Assembly: GCA_965209035.1 (NCBI GenBank)
Contig: OZ242372.1
Coordinates: 2,048,001-2,112,000, forward strand
DNA from: Gammaproteobacteria bacterium
GTDB lineage: Bacteria; Pseudomonadota; Gammaproteobacteria; CBDBNL01; JAAOII01
Direction of reading: 5' to 3'
DNA: 64,000 bases
Made by a program: the position numbers and the translations under genes. This document shows positions 39,742 through 51,100 of this stretch, piece after piece (position 1 is the first letter of the stretch; each line of letters opens with the position of its first letter). Under the pieces are notes generated by a model. The model saw only the letters and a program-made list of their open reading frames with translations. It was not told where the DNA came from and made no database searches.

Positions 39742-40602
39742 ATGAGTTGGCTAAATAAGATTGTTTCCGGGGTTTCCGGCACGGAGTCCCGTAAAAAGGA
39801 AGTCCCGCAGGGTCTTTGGCAGAGGTGCACCTCGTGCAGTGCGGTTCTTTACAAGCCCGAATTGGAAAAGAATCTGAATGTTTGCGGTAAGTGTGATTTT
39901 CATATGCCGTTGCCCGCCGGGAAGCGATTGGACTTTTTCCTGGACAAGGGCGAAAGAATCAAACTGGGCGAAAAAATTCTGCCTGCGGATCCGTTGCGCT
40001 TTAAGGATAGCAAGCGATATAAAGATCGCTTGACACAGGCACGTACGGATAGCGGCGAAGATGAGGCCCTGTTGGTGATGGAGGGCACATTGGAAACGCG
40101 TCCCGTGGTTGCCGCCGCATTTGAGTTTAAATTCATGGGAGGGTCTATGGGTTCGGCGGTGGGACAACGATTTGTGGCGGGAGTGGAAGTTTGTTTGAAA
40201 AAACGAATCCCCTATATTTGCTTTTCCGCCAGCGGCGGGGCGCGCATGCAAGAAGGATTAATTTCGCTGTTTCAAATGTCCAAAACCAGTGCCGCTCTCG
40301 CCAGACTTGCCGAGGAGAAGATTCCTTATGTTTCCGTGATGACCCATCCGACCTATGGCGGTGTCAGTGCCAGTTTGGCCCTGCTGGGTGATATTAATAT
40401 AGCCGAACCGCGCTCGGACATAGGTTTTGCCGGTAAGCGCGTGATCAAACAAACGGTCAAGCAGACACTGCCCGAGGGCTTTCAAACCAGTGAATTCCTG
40501 TTAGAACACGGCGCCTTGGATTTAATCGTGCAGCGGGATGAACTGCGAACAAAAATTGCCTCGCTTCTCAATATTCTTTATCCTCTCGCCAAAGCAGACT
40601 GA
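39742..40602 (+). CDS. accD: Acetyl-CoA carboxylase carboxyltransferase beta subunit
   Basis: CxxC..CxxC zinc finger, [33 protein letters not shown]. Confidence 0.97.
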   Translation: MSWLNKIVSGVSGTESRKKEVPQGLWQRCTSCSAVLYKPELEKNLNVCGKCDFHMPLPAGKRLDFFLDKGERIKLGEKILPADPLRFKDSKRYKDRLTQARTDSGEDEALLVMEGTLETRPVVAAAFEFKFMGGSMGSAVGQRFVAGVEVCLKKRIPYICFSASGGARMQEGLISLFQMSKTSAALARLAEEKIPYVSVMTHPTYGGVSASLALLGDINIAEPRSDIGFAGKRVIKQTVKQTLPEGFQTSEFLLEHGALDLIVQRDELRTKIASLLNILYPLAKAD

Positions 40603-40725
40603 GGTTCCGAACCGGTTACCGGTTTTGCCGTACATAGCAAAGATGCCCGGCTTCTTAAATGGCTTCTTGCAAGGGCTTCTTAAATAATTTCTTAAGCGGC
40701 TTCTTAAATGATATCTTAAATAGAT

Positions 40726-42117
40726 ATGCCACCAATGACCCCGGAAGCACCGGAAGCATACATTAAAGAACAGATAGCAAAGCAGGGGCTGTCTGCGGAA
40801 GATGTGTTGCTCGGGTTGGACCGGATATCGGCTGTCCTCGGACGCACGGAGATTCGCCCGCCGCCGTTTATTTTTACGATTGCGGGGACCAACGGGAAGG
40901 GAAGTTGTGCCAATCTTATTTATCAGGCACTATTGGTTGCGGGTTATCCGGCGGCATTTTTTTCTTCGCCGCATTTGTTGCGGTTTAACGAACGGGCGCA
41001 AATCAACGGCGAGGAAGCACATAACGAAGAATGGTTGGCTTCTCTGGAAAGAGTGCACCGTGCCAAACAAAAAGTCAAACTAACCTACTTTGAATATTGC
41101 ACTTTGGCCGCTTTGGATATCTTTTCTCGCAGGTCCGCGTTTCCTTGGGTTTTGGAGGTGGGTTTGGGCGGCCGTTTGGATGCGGTGAATGTTCTTGATA
41201 CAAACTGCGCGGTGATTACTTCCATCGACATAGACCATACGGACAGGCTGGGTAAGGACCGTGTGTCTATCGGGCACGAAAAAATGGGTATTGCGAGGAG
41301 AGGTGTGCCGTTGATATGCGGCGAGCCGTCTCCGCCGGCTGAAGTCATTAATGCCGCAGAGCAAGCGGGTGCGAAATTGTTGTGTGTTAATCGCGATTAC
41401 GGCGTTCGGGGCAAGGGCCTAACCGAGTGTTGTTTTGCGGAAGAGCCGATCGTCGAATACTATGCTTCTCGCCGCTTTGTCCGGGGTAACACCGATGACC
41501 CGCAAACCGATGCACTAAAAAGAGAGCCGGCGGTGTTGTGTGCCACAAACGAAGATCAGTTGGCGGTGAACCTGGCAACCGCTTGGCAGGCGTTGAATGT
41601 TTTTGACGACAAATGGGATGCGGATCTTGTCGCCGCGACCTGGCATAAAGCCCGATTAATCGGCAGGTGGCAAAAGATCCGTTTCGGTCAACATCTTTTG
41701 ATTTTGGATACGGGGCATAACCCGCAAGCGGCGCGCATCCTGGTGCATAGGCTGCAAGAAAAGATCTTTCCATATGCCCGGGCGGAAATTATCTTTGCGA
41801 TGCGCGCGGACAAAGACTGGCAAGAGTTTTTAAAAATCACCTCGCCTCATATTAAAGAATGGCATCTTTTCCCGCTGTTTATGCAAACCGACGAGGGTGC
41901 GCCCAAAGAAATCTCCGTTGCCAAAACTTCTTTGGAGAGAGCATTGAATCGTTTGCACGCCCGCACCCATTGGTACGATCATGCCAAGCAATTGCTACAA
42001 TCGCTTCGTCTCAGAAGTGAGCCGACTGTGTTTTGGGTTTGCGGTTCTTTTCACACATTGGGCGAAGTGATGCAACAATTACGGGAGGACACCCCGGCCG
42101 TCAAAGCGGTGTCTTGA
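40726..42117 (+). CDS. folC: Folylpolyglutamate/dihydrofolate synthase
   Basis: IAGTNGKGS, SPHL.RFNER, LEVGLGGRLDAVN, DH..LG, D..HNP, GSF; follows accD. Confidence 0.94.
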   Translation: MPPMTPEAPEAYIKEQIAKQGLSAEDVLLGLDRISAVLGRTEIRPPPFIFTIAGTNGKGSCANLIYQALLVAGYPAAFFSSPHLLRFNERAQINGEEAHNEEWLASLERVHRAKQKVKLTYFEYCTLAALDIFSRRSAFPWVLEVGLGGRLDAVNVLDTNCAVITSIDIDHTDRLGKDRVSIGHEKMGIARRGVPLICGEPSPPAEVINAAEQAGAKLLCVNRDYGVRGKGLTECCFAEEPIVEYYASRRFVRGNTDDPQTDALKREPAVLCATNEDQLAVNLATAWQALNVFDDKWDADLVAATWHKARLIGRWQKIRFGQHLLILDTGHNPQAARILVHRLQEKIFPYARAEIIFAMRADKDWQEFLKITSPHIKEWHLFPLFMQTDEGAPKEISVAKTSLERALNRLHARTHWYDHAKQLLQSLRLRSEPTVFWVCGSFHTLGEVMQQLREDTPAVKAVS

Positions 42118-42336
42118 CGGACTTGATGGATACCGGTTTTGAATTTTGCTGTTTTGCTGTTTTGTGGTGGCGAAACTTTCCATCGCTTACCCGCTTTCTT
42201 TTTATTTTGATCAAGAATTAAATACGAAACAGCAGAATTCACAATGCGCTGCCTTCCGCAGGATGCGTCTGCTATCCGGTTTAAGCCGGTGCCGAGCGAA
42301 TAATCAGTGCGGGTAGATTTTGGGAATATATCCGGA

Positions 42337-42444
42337 CTGGCTGGCTTGGGATCATCTTGAGCGTCCCCATTATGCTCACAAACAACTATCGTCGATCCGG
42401 TTTTTGCAAAAACAAAAAAATCCGGGAATGGGTGGGATCATGCA
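42337..42444 (+). mobile_element. IS481 right-end remnant upstream of the giant lipoprotein gene
   Basis: CATTATGCTCACAAACAACT...GGGTGGGATCATGCA; TATAAT follows at 42465-42470. Confidence 0.8.
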
Positions 42445-43741
42445 AAAACCGACATTCTTTAGTGTATAATATATATGTGTTTGGAAATATTGTTTATTTT
42501 TCGTATGATGGCGACCGATGATTGCGACCGGATGCCGCATTACGATTCTTACGCAAGGGATGTTCGTGTCTCTGTTTTTTATTTCCTTAAGAACATTTTT
42601 CACATTATTAAAACTACAAATATATAGGAGAAAATAATATGTATCATATACACCTCATCATTAGTAACCTGATTAATAATTCCATTAATCGGGTTCATTC
42701 AATTGGAAGTTCGGTTGCAAATGCGATTGCAAATACAATTGCAAATACAATTAGAATCTCAACTGTGATTAAAGGAAACATTAAAGGAAGCTGCGGGAAA
42801 GAAGCATCGTCTTTTGCCCGATGGCGAATAACACAGGTCCTGCCGGGTTCTTTAAATCTGCGCGCCTTTGGATTTGTGTCTGTTCTCTGCTTGGCATCGT
42901 TTCTCACGGCATGTGCGGTTTCCTCCGATAGTGGATCCGCTGCCCCCGCTCCCGACCCAAAGGATCCTCGCTCCGTATTTTCGCACGCGAGTTACAACCT
43001 GGTCGGTTGGGGGGAGACTACGACATCGGCTAATCAGGTCTTAGGAAAGGTGGTTCTGGAACCGAATGAGGTTCTCGCACTCTTGCCGGAAGGAGTGAGT
43101 TCGTATAATACTTCTTTTCAACTGGAAGGCAGTGAACTTGCCAATGAGTTTTTTGGGGTGAACGACGCGGGCGAGATCCGTTTCAAAGATGGAAATAGTT
43201 ATGGTCGCGAATTCCAATTGCACTATGTGGTTAATGTGTTAGAGGTTTCCGAGTTTGAAGTGGTGGCAAGGATCTCCTATACGAATGCCGCCGGTGAATC
43301 GGTTAATGTGGAACATCGTGTTACTATCAAGATTGCGGCTGTTGCAATCGATCCACAAATTACCAACTTTGTCCGGTTTGATGGCAAGGCTGACGAAACT
43401 GTACAAAATCAAACTAAAACATACGGGCTGAGTGGCACAATTCCTGAAAACAGTGATCCCGGGACACCTGTAAGCGGTACGGGTAATTTACTGACAGGTC
43501 TGGGAATTAGCACGGTGATTCCGGATGATGCGGAAGAGCAGGGATACCCTAGCGGATTCACGCCAACAATTTACTATCAACTGGCATCCGCTCCCGGCGA
43601 TACCTCTTGCATGGGCCGCTATTATGTGGACAATCAGAATAATCGCGCTCGGGTGCGTTCGGATATCGGCGATGCCTTGAATTACGAGGCGGAAGGACGC
43701 AACAACGCATGTGCTTTGCAAGCCTCCTTGAACGGAGTGGA

Positions 43742-44908
43742 TTATGAGAATGTAACGACCGGGGCCCTGTCAGCCGAAGATTTGGAAAATGTGGAGGAGC
43801 TTGTTGGTGCTGTGAGTTTCGGTGTTGATGCGTCTTGCACGAACAATGTTACGGCGGCAAAAGACTTGGAAACCTGTAGTGTATGATCCCACCCATTTCT
43901 GGACTTTTTTTGTTTTTGCAAAAACTGGATTGGCGAGAGTTGTTTGAGAGCATAATGGGGACGTTCCAGATTATACCAAGCCAACCACTCGATGAGTTTG
44001 GCGTTGAATGCTGGCATATCCTTAACCAAGAGATGCCGCATATGACAACCGAACTCTTCCCAGAGAGTGCGATTAAACCGTTCGCAGTGTGCATTCATTT
44101 GCGGTTTCCTTGGATAGGTATACCAGTGGGTGCTGCCGTTTGCGGTCACGACCCGGTGAAAGTCTTTGGCGAACTCACTGCCATTATCGGTGAGGACTTT
44201 TTCGATCCGAGTGCCGAGTATGTTTTGCATGGCGGTAAAGAGCTGGGCGGAACTGGCCGAAGCAGCCGAGGTGTCGACACTGACCAGTGAGAAGCGGGAA
44301 AATAGATCAATGCCGACATGCCAATAAAAGCGCCGGCCATCGACGATGCGGACGAGCGTATCAAAGGCAACACATTCACCTCTCCGGCCCGCAACAAAGC
44401 GGATGTCCTTGCGCTCGCGCGGAGCACCTTGCCGCAGGCGTTTCGGCACGGACCGCGATGGTTTGCACCGCATCTTATCCGGGTCATCGGCAATGATGCG
44501 AGAGAGCGTTGATTGGCTGGGCAGCGGCAGCCCGCGCTGCTGACACCATTCGGGTAACAAGCAGACCAGTTTACCGGCACCGATGTTCGGACGCTCTTGT
44601 CGCCAAGATCGGATCTTGGTAATCAGTGCCGGTGGCCAGGTGTTGGACCGCTTGGGCTGATACCCATAGTTGTTCGCCAGTTCATCGACCCCGCCTTCAC
44701 GGAAACGCCGCTGCCACTCGTAGAATGTAGCACGACTGATCCTGGCATGATCCAACGCGGCCGCGACACCATGTTTGCGCGCGAACGCTAAGGTGTCCAG
44801 TTTGATTTTGGTGGTTTTAGACATGTTTGAATATTTGTTTGCTAAAACCACCATTTTATTGAAACCGCGCACGCGATAACCAATGTAGTGTAAACGTGTT
44901 CCTCTCAT
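43742..44908 (-). CDS. IS481-family transposase, reading through the IR into host DNA
   Basis: Near-identical to 12621..13697; everything after NGWDHT is antisense host sequence. Confidence 0.9.
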   Translation of the reverse strand: MRGTRLHYIGYRVRGFNKMVVLANKYSNMSKTTKIKLDTLAFARKHGVAAALDHARISRATFYEWQRRFREGGVDELANNYGYQPKRSNTWPPALITKIRSWRQERPNIGAGKLVCLLPEWCQQRGLPLPSQSTLSRIIADDPDKMRCKPSRSVPKRLRQGAPRERKDIRFVAGRRGECVAFDTLVRIVDGRRFYWHVGIDLFSRFSLVSVDTSAASASSAQLFTAMQNILGTRIEKVLTDNGSEFAKDFHRVVTANGSTHWYTYPRKPQMNAHCERFNRTLWEEFGCHMRHLLVKDMPAFNAKLIEWLAWYNLERPHYALKQLSPIQFLQKQKKSRNGWDHTLQVSKSFAAVTLFVQDASTPKLTAPTSSSTFSKSSADRAPVVTFS

Positions 44909-45183
44909 TTCAAATCACCTCCGCGGTGCAGCCGCTCTCGCACACCGTACCGTCTTGCCAGCGGATACACCTAGACAGTTTTATCAACAACAAGCCTCCG
45001 CTGTCTGCGGCGGTGAGAGCAAAACAGCTATCCATCTTTCTTGCCCGTTTCATTCATCTAGCTCCACATACCGGAGACCCGTTGCCGGATCTATTTTCGA
45101 CCCGTCCGACAGAACATCCGGCTGCTTGATCTGAGGACGCACAATACCAAACTCAGAGTCCAGAACCTTTATGAGATCATGCA
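43880..45183 (-). mobile_element. IS481-family insertion sequence, copy B (1304 bp)
   Basis: Ends TGTATGATCCCA and TGAGATCATGCA; 5-bp TSD TGTAG at 43875-43879 and 45184-45188. Confidence 0.92.
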
Positions 45184-48100
45184 TGTAGTTATTATGCCGC
45201 TGTCAATATTGATTTAACCGATGTTAACGAAGCTCCCGTATTGACATTGACGGACAATAATAATGACGAAGTGAATAATGGCGCAACGCCCGAAGGGGAT
45301 GTGGGAACTGCGATTGCTCTTGCCGGGGAAGTGATTTCCGCGGAAGGCCCCGCCGATGCTGATGCGGATGACGCGGAGTTGGCGACAGTGAACTATACGG
45401 ATGTGGATGCTGCGGATAATCCGGCGGTATTGGGCTTGGACATGCCCAAGATTTCGGTCAGCCCGCTGTTGCCCGATGCGGATGCGGCGAACAATCTGTT
45501 TTACTTGGAGCCGGGTTCCGGTGCCGGTGAGGCGACATTAATGCTTAACAGTAGCGTATTATCGGCAGTAGATTTTGAGATACTCAATAAAAGCGGTTAC
45601 AGTGGCTATAGAGTGACTTTGGAGGCTGCGGACAATCGTTCGGCTGACCTGACGGCCGAGGCTTCTTTTATGCTTGAAGTGACGGATGTGATTTATAAGC
45701 CGGTGCTGTTTAAGTACCGGAGTGCTCGTGTTAACACGACGAGCGGCATCCAGAATCTCTTGCCGGGCTTCGCCCAGTTCATTGACAATGGAGGTCCGAT
45801 TCTTGGCACAGTCGATGCGATAGATCCCGAGAGCAACAGCAGTGATGGGATAGTGTACGAATACAACCCACCGCCTCCGGCGGGAGAGGGTCCGTTCAGT
45901 TTGAACCCGGTTATTTTGGAAACGCTCACTGCGGCTAGTGTCAATGTGTCCGCAGTTCGGGAATCAATCATTCCACAAATTGCGCCGAACTTTGACTTGA
46001 ATGCCAATGGCCGTCTCAGTATGCGCGGTTTGGGACTTCGCCCACTTTTGGATTATGCTTTGCAACCGGGAACTTTGCCTCCCGGAGTGAGTTTGCCTTC
46101 TGATCTTCTCTTTGATTTCACGATTAACCTGGCCGCTTACAATGAAGCGGCTGTGGTGCGGGATCCGACAAATGGGGCAACCTTGGCAATTAATACAAAA
46201 GTATCTTACGATAACACCCTAGGTTTTGGCGGTGAGCCGGCAGTTCGCTTCCCGAGCGGTCTGTATGCGGGTGCGGTTTCCGAGGGGGTGCCCGGCCGAG
46301 GCGAGCCCGGTCCGGGTGTTTCGGTGTTGGATGCTCGCGAACTTGCTTCGGGAACACAAACAGAGTTGCAGTTAGGTGCTTCGGGCGAGGATGCGACTCC
46401 GTTTTACGCGCTCATGCAGCCGGCGGACTTGACGGACTTAATCGAGAGCGATAGTATTGATGTGCCGGGACTTGACGAATTATTTGGTGGCAATAATCCG
46501 AGTATTGATTTGTCCGGGACGGATAACTTTGCCATCAGCAGTTCAACCGGTCAGTTGTACCTGGCAGATACAGTGACTGAAGGGTTGAATTTCGGTCTTC
46601 GTCCTTTTTACACCTTGTTAGTGCGGACAGCCGCGAGTGCGGATCCTGCCCTTCTGCCACTCAGCGACTATGCGGTCGTTCTGGTGACGGTACTGGATAC
46701 CAATGCGGCGCCCGAAATCATCGACTTGGAGGCTGTGCATGCCGATGTCACGGTCAATGCGAGTGCTCTGTCGGTGTCGGCGAATCTTCTCGAATCTGTA
46801 CCGCCCGGAACAGTGTTGGCACGATTCACTTTGATAGACGACAATCCGTTTGATCCTTCTCCGGGCTTATTGAATGTTGCGGGTGAGCCGAACTTTAGAG
46901 TGCAGTCCACAAATGCGGCCCCAGTGCGGGACGACACAACCGGGATCTTCAGTGCCCCCTATGAAGTGGTGTTGGCACAACCGTTGGATTATGAAAATGC
47001 AAGTGCTCGCGTGTTGTCGGAAGAGTATAACTTGACCGATGCCGGTAGTTATCGGTTCGATCTGCAGCGTTATATGTTGGATCCGAACGACGGATTGGTG
47101 CGATTAGGAACGGACACAGAAGTGGTGATGTTGGAAATCAATGCCGAAATCCAAAATGTGAATGAGCCGATTGAGTTGAGGGTGACCGCTACATCGGATA
47201 CGCCGGCACTGTCCGTCGAATCTCTGTCGAAAGTCTCCGTTGCCGAGTCCGCGGCGGCAGAAACTGTCGTAGCCTATGTGCATCTCATTGATCCGGAAGG
47301 TGAGGTGAATGCAACCAATGTCCCGACTCACGACTTGATGTTGCCCGATGCGTTGCAAGGGGCATTAAGATTAAGATTAGTCTTTGAGGATTCCGGTCCC
47401 TATTACCAATTGGAAGTTGCGGACGCGGCGATTCTGGAAAATGCCGGCGATGGCCGCACCTTTGGACTCACTGTGACAGTGACTGAAAATGCGACCGGCT
47501 TGGTGCCGGATCCGGTTTCGGTTTCCTTTGATTTGCAGATTACCAATGAAAATCAGGCTATTTTGGGTCTTGCAAGCATTGGTGTCACCTTGGACGACGC
47601 ATCCGTCAGCGAACAACAAGGATTGGATGCCGCCGGCAATTCGGATGCTCGGATTGTGGTTGACGGCTTGTTTAATTTGACAGACATTCATCCGGATTAT
47701 GACGAGACCTTTCCGGGAACGAGCATTCGCCTTGTGGATTTGAGTGCCGCAGTTCGGAGCATAGGTTATGCAACTGATGTTGCCGATGCTTTGGGAGAGG
47801 AAGGAAACTTTTCGTTGTTTGAATTGTCGGTGGCAGATGATGATGCCGGCACTGTGAGTTTGTTGCTCAAAGAAGGCAAGTTGATAGACCCCGCTTTGAT
47901 TGGAAACTCTTTGACCTTGAACTTGGAAGCGTTTGATCCCAATGGCGAATCGGCGGCGGGTATTGCGTCGGCGGATGTCGGCAGACTGACGGTGACAGTT
48001 GATCCGACAGACCCGGATGAGATCATTTTTGGAGATGCTCGCAATACCGATCCTCGCACACCGGCAGTCTATACTTTTGAATATACGCAGAGCAATTATG

Positions 48101-51100
48101 CGGAGGTGGTTGCCGGTGTAACCTCTTGCGATGGCAGAGACGCGGTCGCTGCGAATCTGACTGAGCGCATTGCCATTGACGGCAATTGCTATTCGACAAT
48201 TCAGATAGAAACAGCGGACGGCGAACGCCGATATGTGGTTGAACGTGACACTACAAACCAGCGTTACTACACAGGGGATGGTCCGAATGCGGTATTGAGT
48301 GCGGTTGAGACCCCCGGCAGTTTTGGCGTGATCTTCACGGATGCCATTATGAATGTATCCAATCTGGGTGTGTATCAAGTGAATGCCGACGGAGTTTTGG
48401 AAGAGGCGGCGGATGCCTTTGGCAAGTACTTTACACTGGTAGCGAACAACAGCTATTCGGTGAATTCTGACGGCAGTGCCGCCCGTCCGGCCCTGGTGAT
48501 TTCGCAGAATGTTCTTGCGGAATTGAATAGTTCGGGATTACCGAGTGGCGAGGAATATCTGTCCCTGGACACCTTGGATTTGAATATGGAAAACCAAATG
48601 CGGACTTTGAGTTACTTTGTGGTTGCCGGCGCGGAAGGCACCGACGGCAACAACGCCAGTCGCCGTGCGATTGCCCAAGTTAACTTTGAGGTGACGGTGG
48701 CGGGTCTGAATGAACCGGCTTTCTTGTCGGAATTGACGATTGGCGGTGTGTCGTTTTCAAATGATAGTGTAACAACAATCAGTGCAAATCAATTTGAGGA
48801 CGCGATTAATGCGCTAGCGAATATTTTAAGTTTTACGGTGGTGAACCCGGATGGCAACGGCACGAACAATGACGGTGAGAGCAAGCAAATTGTGGAAGTC
48901 CGGTTGGAAGTAACGCCTGCTCCCGGTGTTGCAGGCAGTCAGCTCTCTGTATCCAGTGGGGAAGCCCGTGGTACCCAATTAATTCGTTTGGGAGTTCAAT
49001 CGAATGATGATATTACCCAAGAGATAGCAGCGGGTGTCAGAGAAGAGGCTTTCTCTTCGCAGCCGTTTAGTTTGGCACGTAATGTGTGGGGTGAGGCGGT
49101 GATCAAAGCAACCATTAGCGAATACTTGGAGGAAAATGGAATTCGGGGTCAACAAATCAACATAGGAGCGGAACCGGAATTGTATAAAATTCGAGTGACG
49201 GAGCCGGTGAATAGTCCGCTGAGAGTGGACGCTGTGGAGTTGTTGGCGGGCGATGGGGCGCAAGGCTCGCCGGTGTTGGAAAATGAGGATAGTTTGACGG
49301 GCGGTGCGCTAACCTTTCGATTTAATGTGAGTGATGCGGATTTTACATTGCCGCGCAATCAAGTGTTGTCTGCTCCGGTCATCGGTATTGAGGGCACGAG
49401 TGTGGTTTTTGCCGGCGATAGTCCGGTGACGGCGATTACGGAAGCGGGGACGAACGGCCGGGCGACGGTGACCTACTCGGGCTTGGGGCACAACCCACAC
49501 TCGTATGGCACGACAGGCTTCTCGATCACTTTAACCGAGGGGGAACCACGCGGATTTTCGAACATACTTGCTGCTGTTTCCATAACAATGAGTTCTCAAT
49601 CCTTTGAAGTCACCCCGGAAAATGATGACCTCATTTCTTGTGCGGCTGATTCGCCGGATAGAGCCTTTTGTGAAGGTCGGGATAATACGCCCGCCACCTT
49701 TGTGCTGGCAACTGCTTTCGGTAATTCCGATGGAACCGCATTTGAAGCGGATCCCGGTGAAACCACCGCAAGCAGTACGACTGATCTGGTCATTTACCTG
49801 CAAGACGATGATTTGACATTTTCGGGAAGTGGCAGTGATGCCGGCTTGCCGAATGTGACTAACTTGGCTTCCCTGGCTTTTACTTCCGCCGAGTTGACTG
49901 CGCCGGAAAATTTGATCTCTGTCGGAATGCCGATAATTGTCGCAGAGGGAGACGAAGACGATGGCGGGATTAAGGTCACAGTGCCGGTGACAGTGACATT
50001 GACATCGGAGCAATATGAGACGATCAACCTCTTGGACGGTGGTGCCGGTGTTTCGTTTGCTCTTGCGTTTGAGGACGGCGGTGATAATAGTGTCACGCGT
50101 ACGGCTGAAGCAAGGATTAGTTTTGCGGTGAATACGACGGCCCTTGAAGTGACGCCGCTGACGGACTTGTCGGATGTTGTGACGGTATCGGAACATACGG
50201 CGAAGGATGCTTTACTGGCGGATTTCAATCTGACGGATAACGATATTCGGCGTAGCAATGGCGACACTTTGACTTACACGGTCACGGCGGCGCGAAGGGG
50301 TGTGGCCGCCGAGCGTGCTATTTTGGCCTGGTATGAAGAGACAGCAGGGTCTGTTTTGAGACAGGTGAGTTCGGAAACGCCGGCCGGTTTGGATTCGGAT
50401 ACGATAGTGCGTTCGCTGCGTTTTGCCACAAGTTTGAATGATACGGATGTCGGTGAGTACACGGTGACCTGGACGATTGCGGATGGCAAGAACCCCGTCA
50501 GCGGAGCGGTTCAACAAGGAACTTTTGAACTTAACATTACGGATGTTTATGAGGGGCCTGTTCTCTCCGTGAGTGCCCCCAATCGGCCGACAGGTGCCGG
50601 GGGTGTAACCGGAGAAGTAATGAACAGTTTGGCAGACCTGCTGGGAGCCGGCAGTGATTTTTCGGTGCAATGGGATCAATGGAATTTGCCGGCAGGTGCG
50701 GATGATTATAGTCTGAGACTGGATTATCGTTTGGAGGTGACCAACGATGTAACTGGTTTGAATAAACAAGATCCGTTGTATTTCACCTATCCGGCTGATC
50801 TCAGCGGAGAGGTCCCGGGCGAGCTGCTCCGGCGCACCGATTCGGCACTCACAGCGGCGATGGTGGGTGGTATTCGTAGTTTCCTAACGAGTGAGCTAAT
50901 GGATGCGGATGCGGATGCCGATGGTAGTGTGGCAGTGGGTTTGGCTGATCTTCAATTACATGCCAGCGATTATAACGAGGGGACGGTGCATACTCTGGCT
51001 GTGCGGCCTATGGTCATCACATCCGATGCAAGAGCGGGAGGCACAGAAGCCGTCGCCGTGAGCCTGGCGACCGTCACCTATACGGATGACTTTGATCCTG

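Larger units (their letters stand above)
31731..40414. repeat. Tandem segmental duplication: unit A 31731-35812, unit B 36170-40414
   Basis: 31731-32297 matches 36170-36736 with no indels (2 substitutions noticed); the first 224 accD codons give identical protein; the lipoprotein cores diverge. Confidence 0.9.

Noticed and set aside
47377-48378. 333-aa and other long antisense ORFs within the adhesin genes, mutL and dnaE
   Set aside because: Shadow frames expected from the codon bias of the sense genes.
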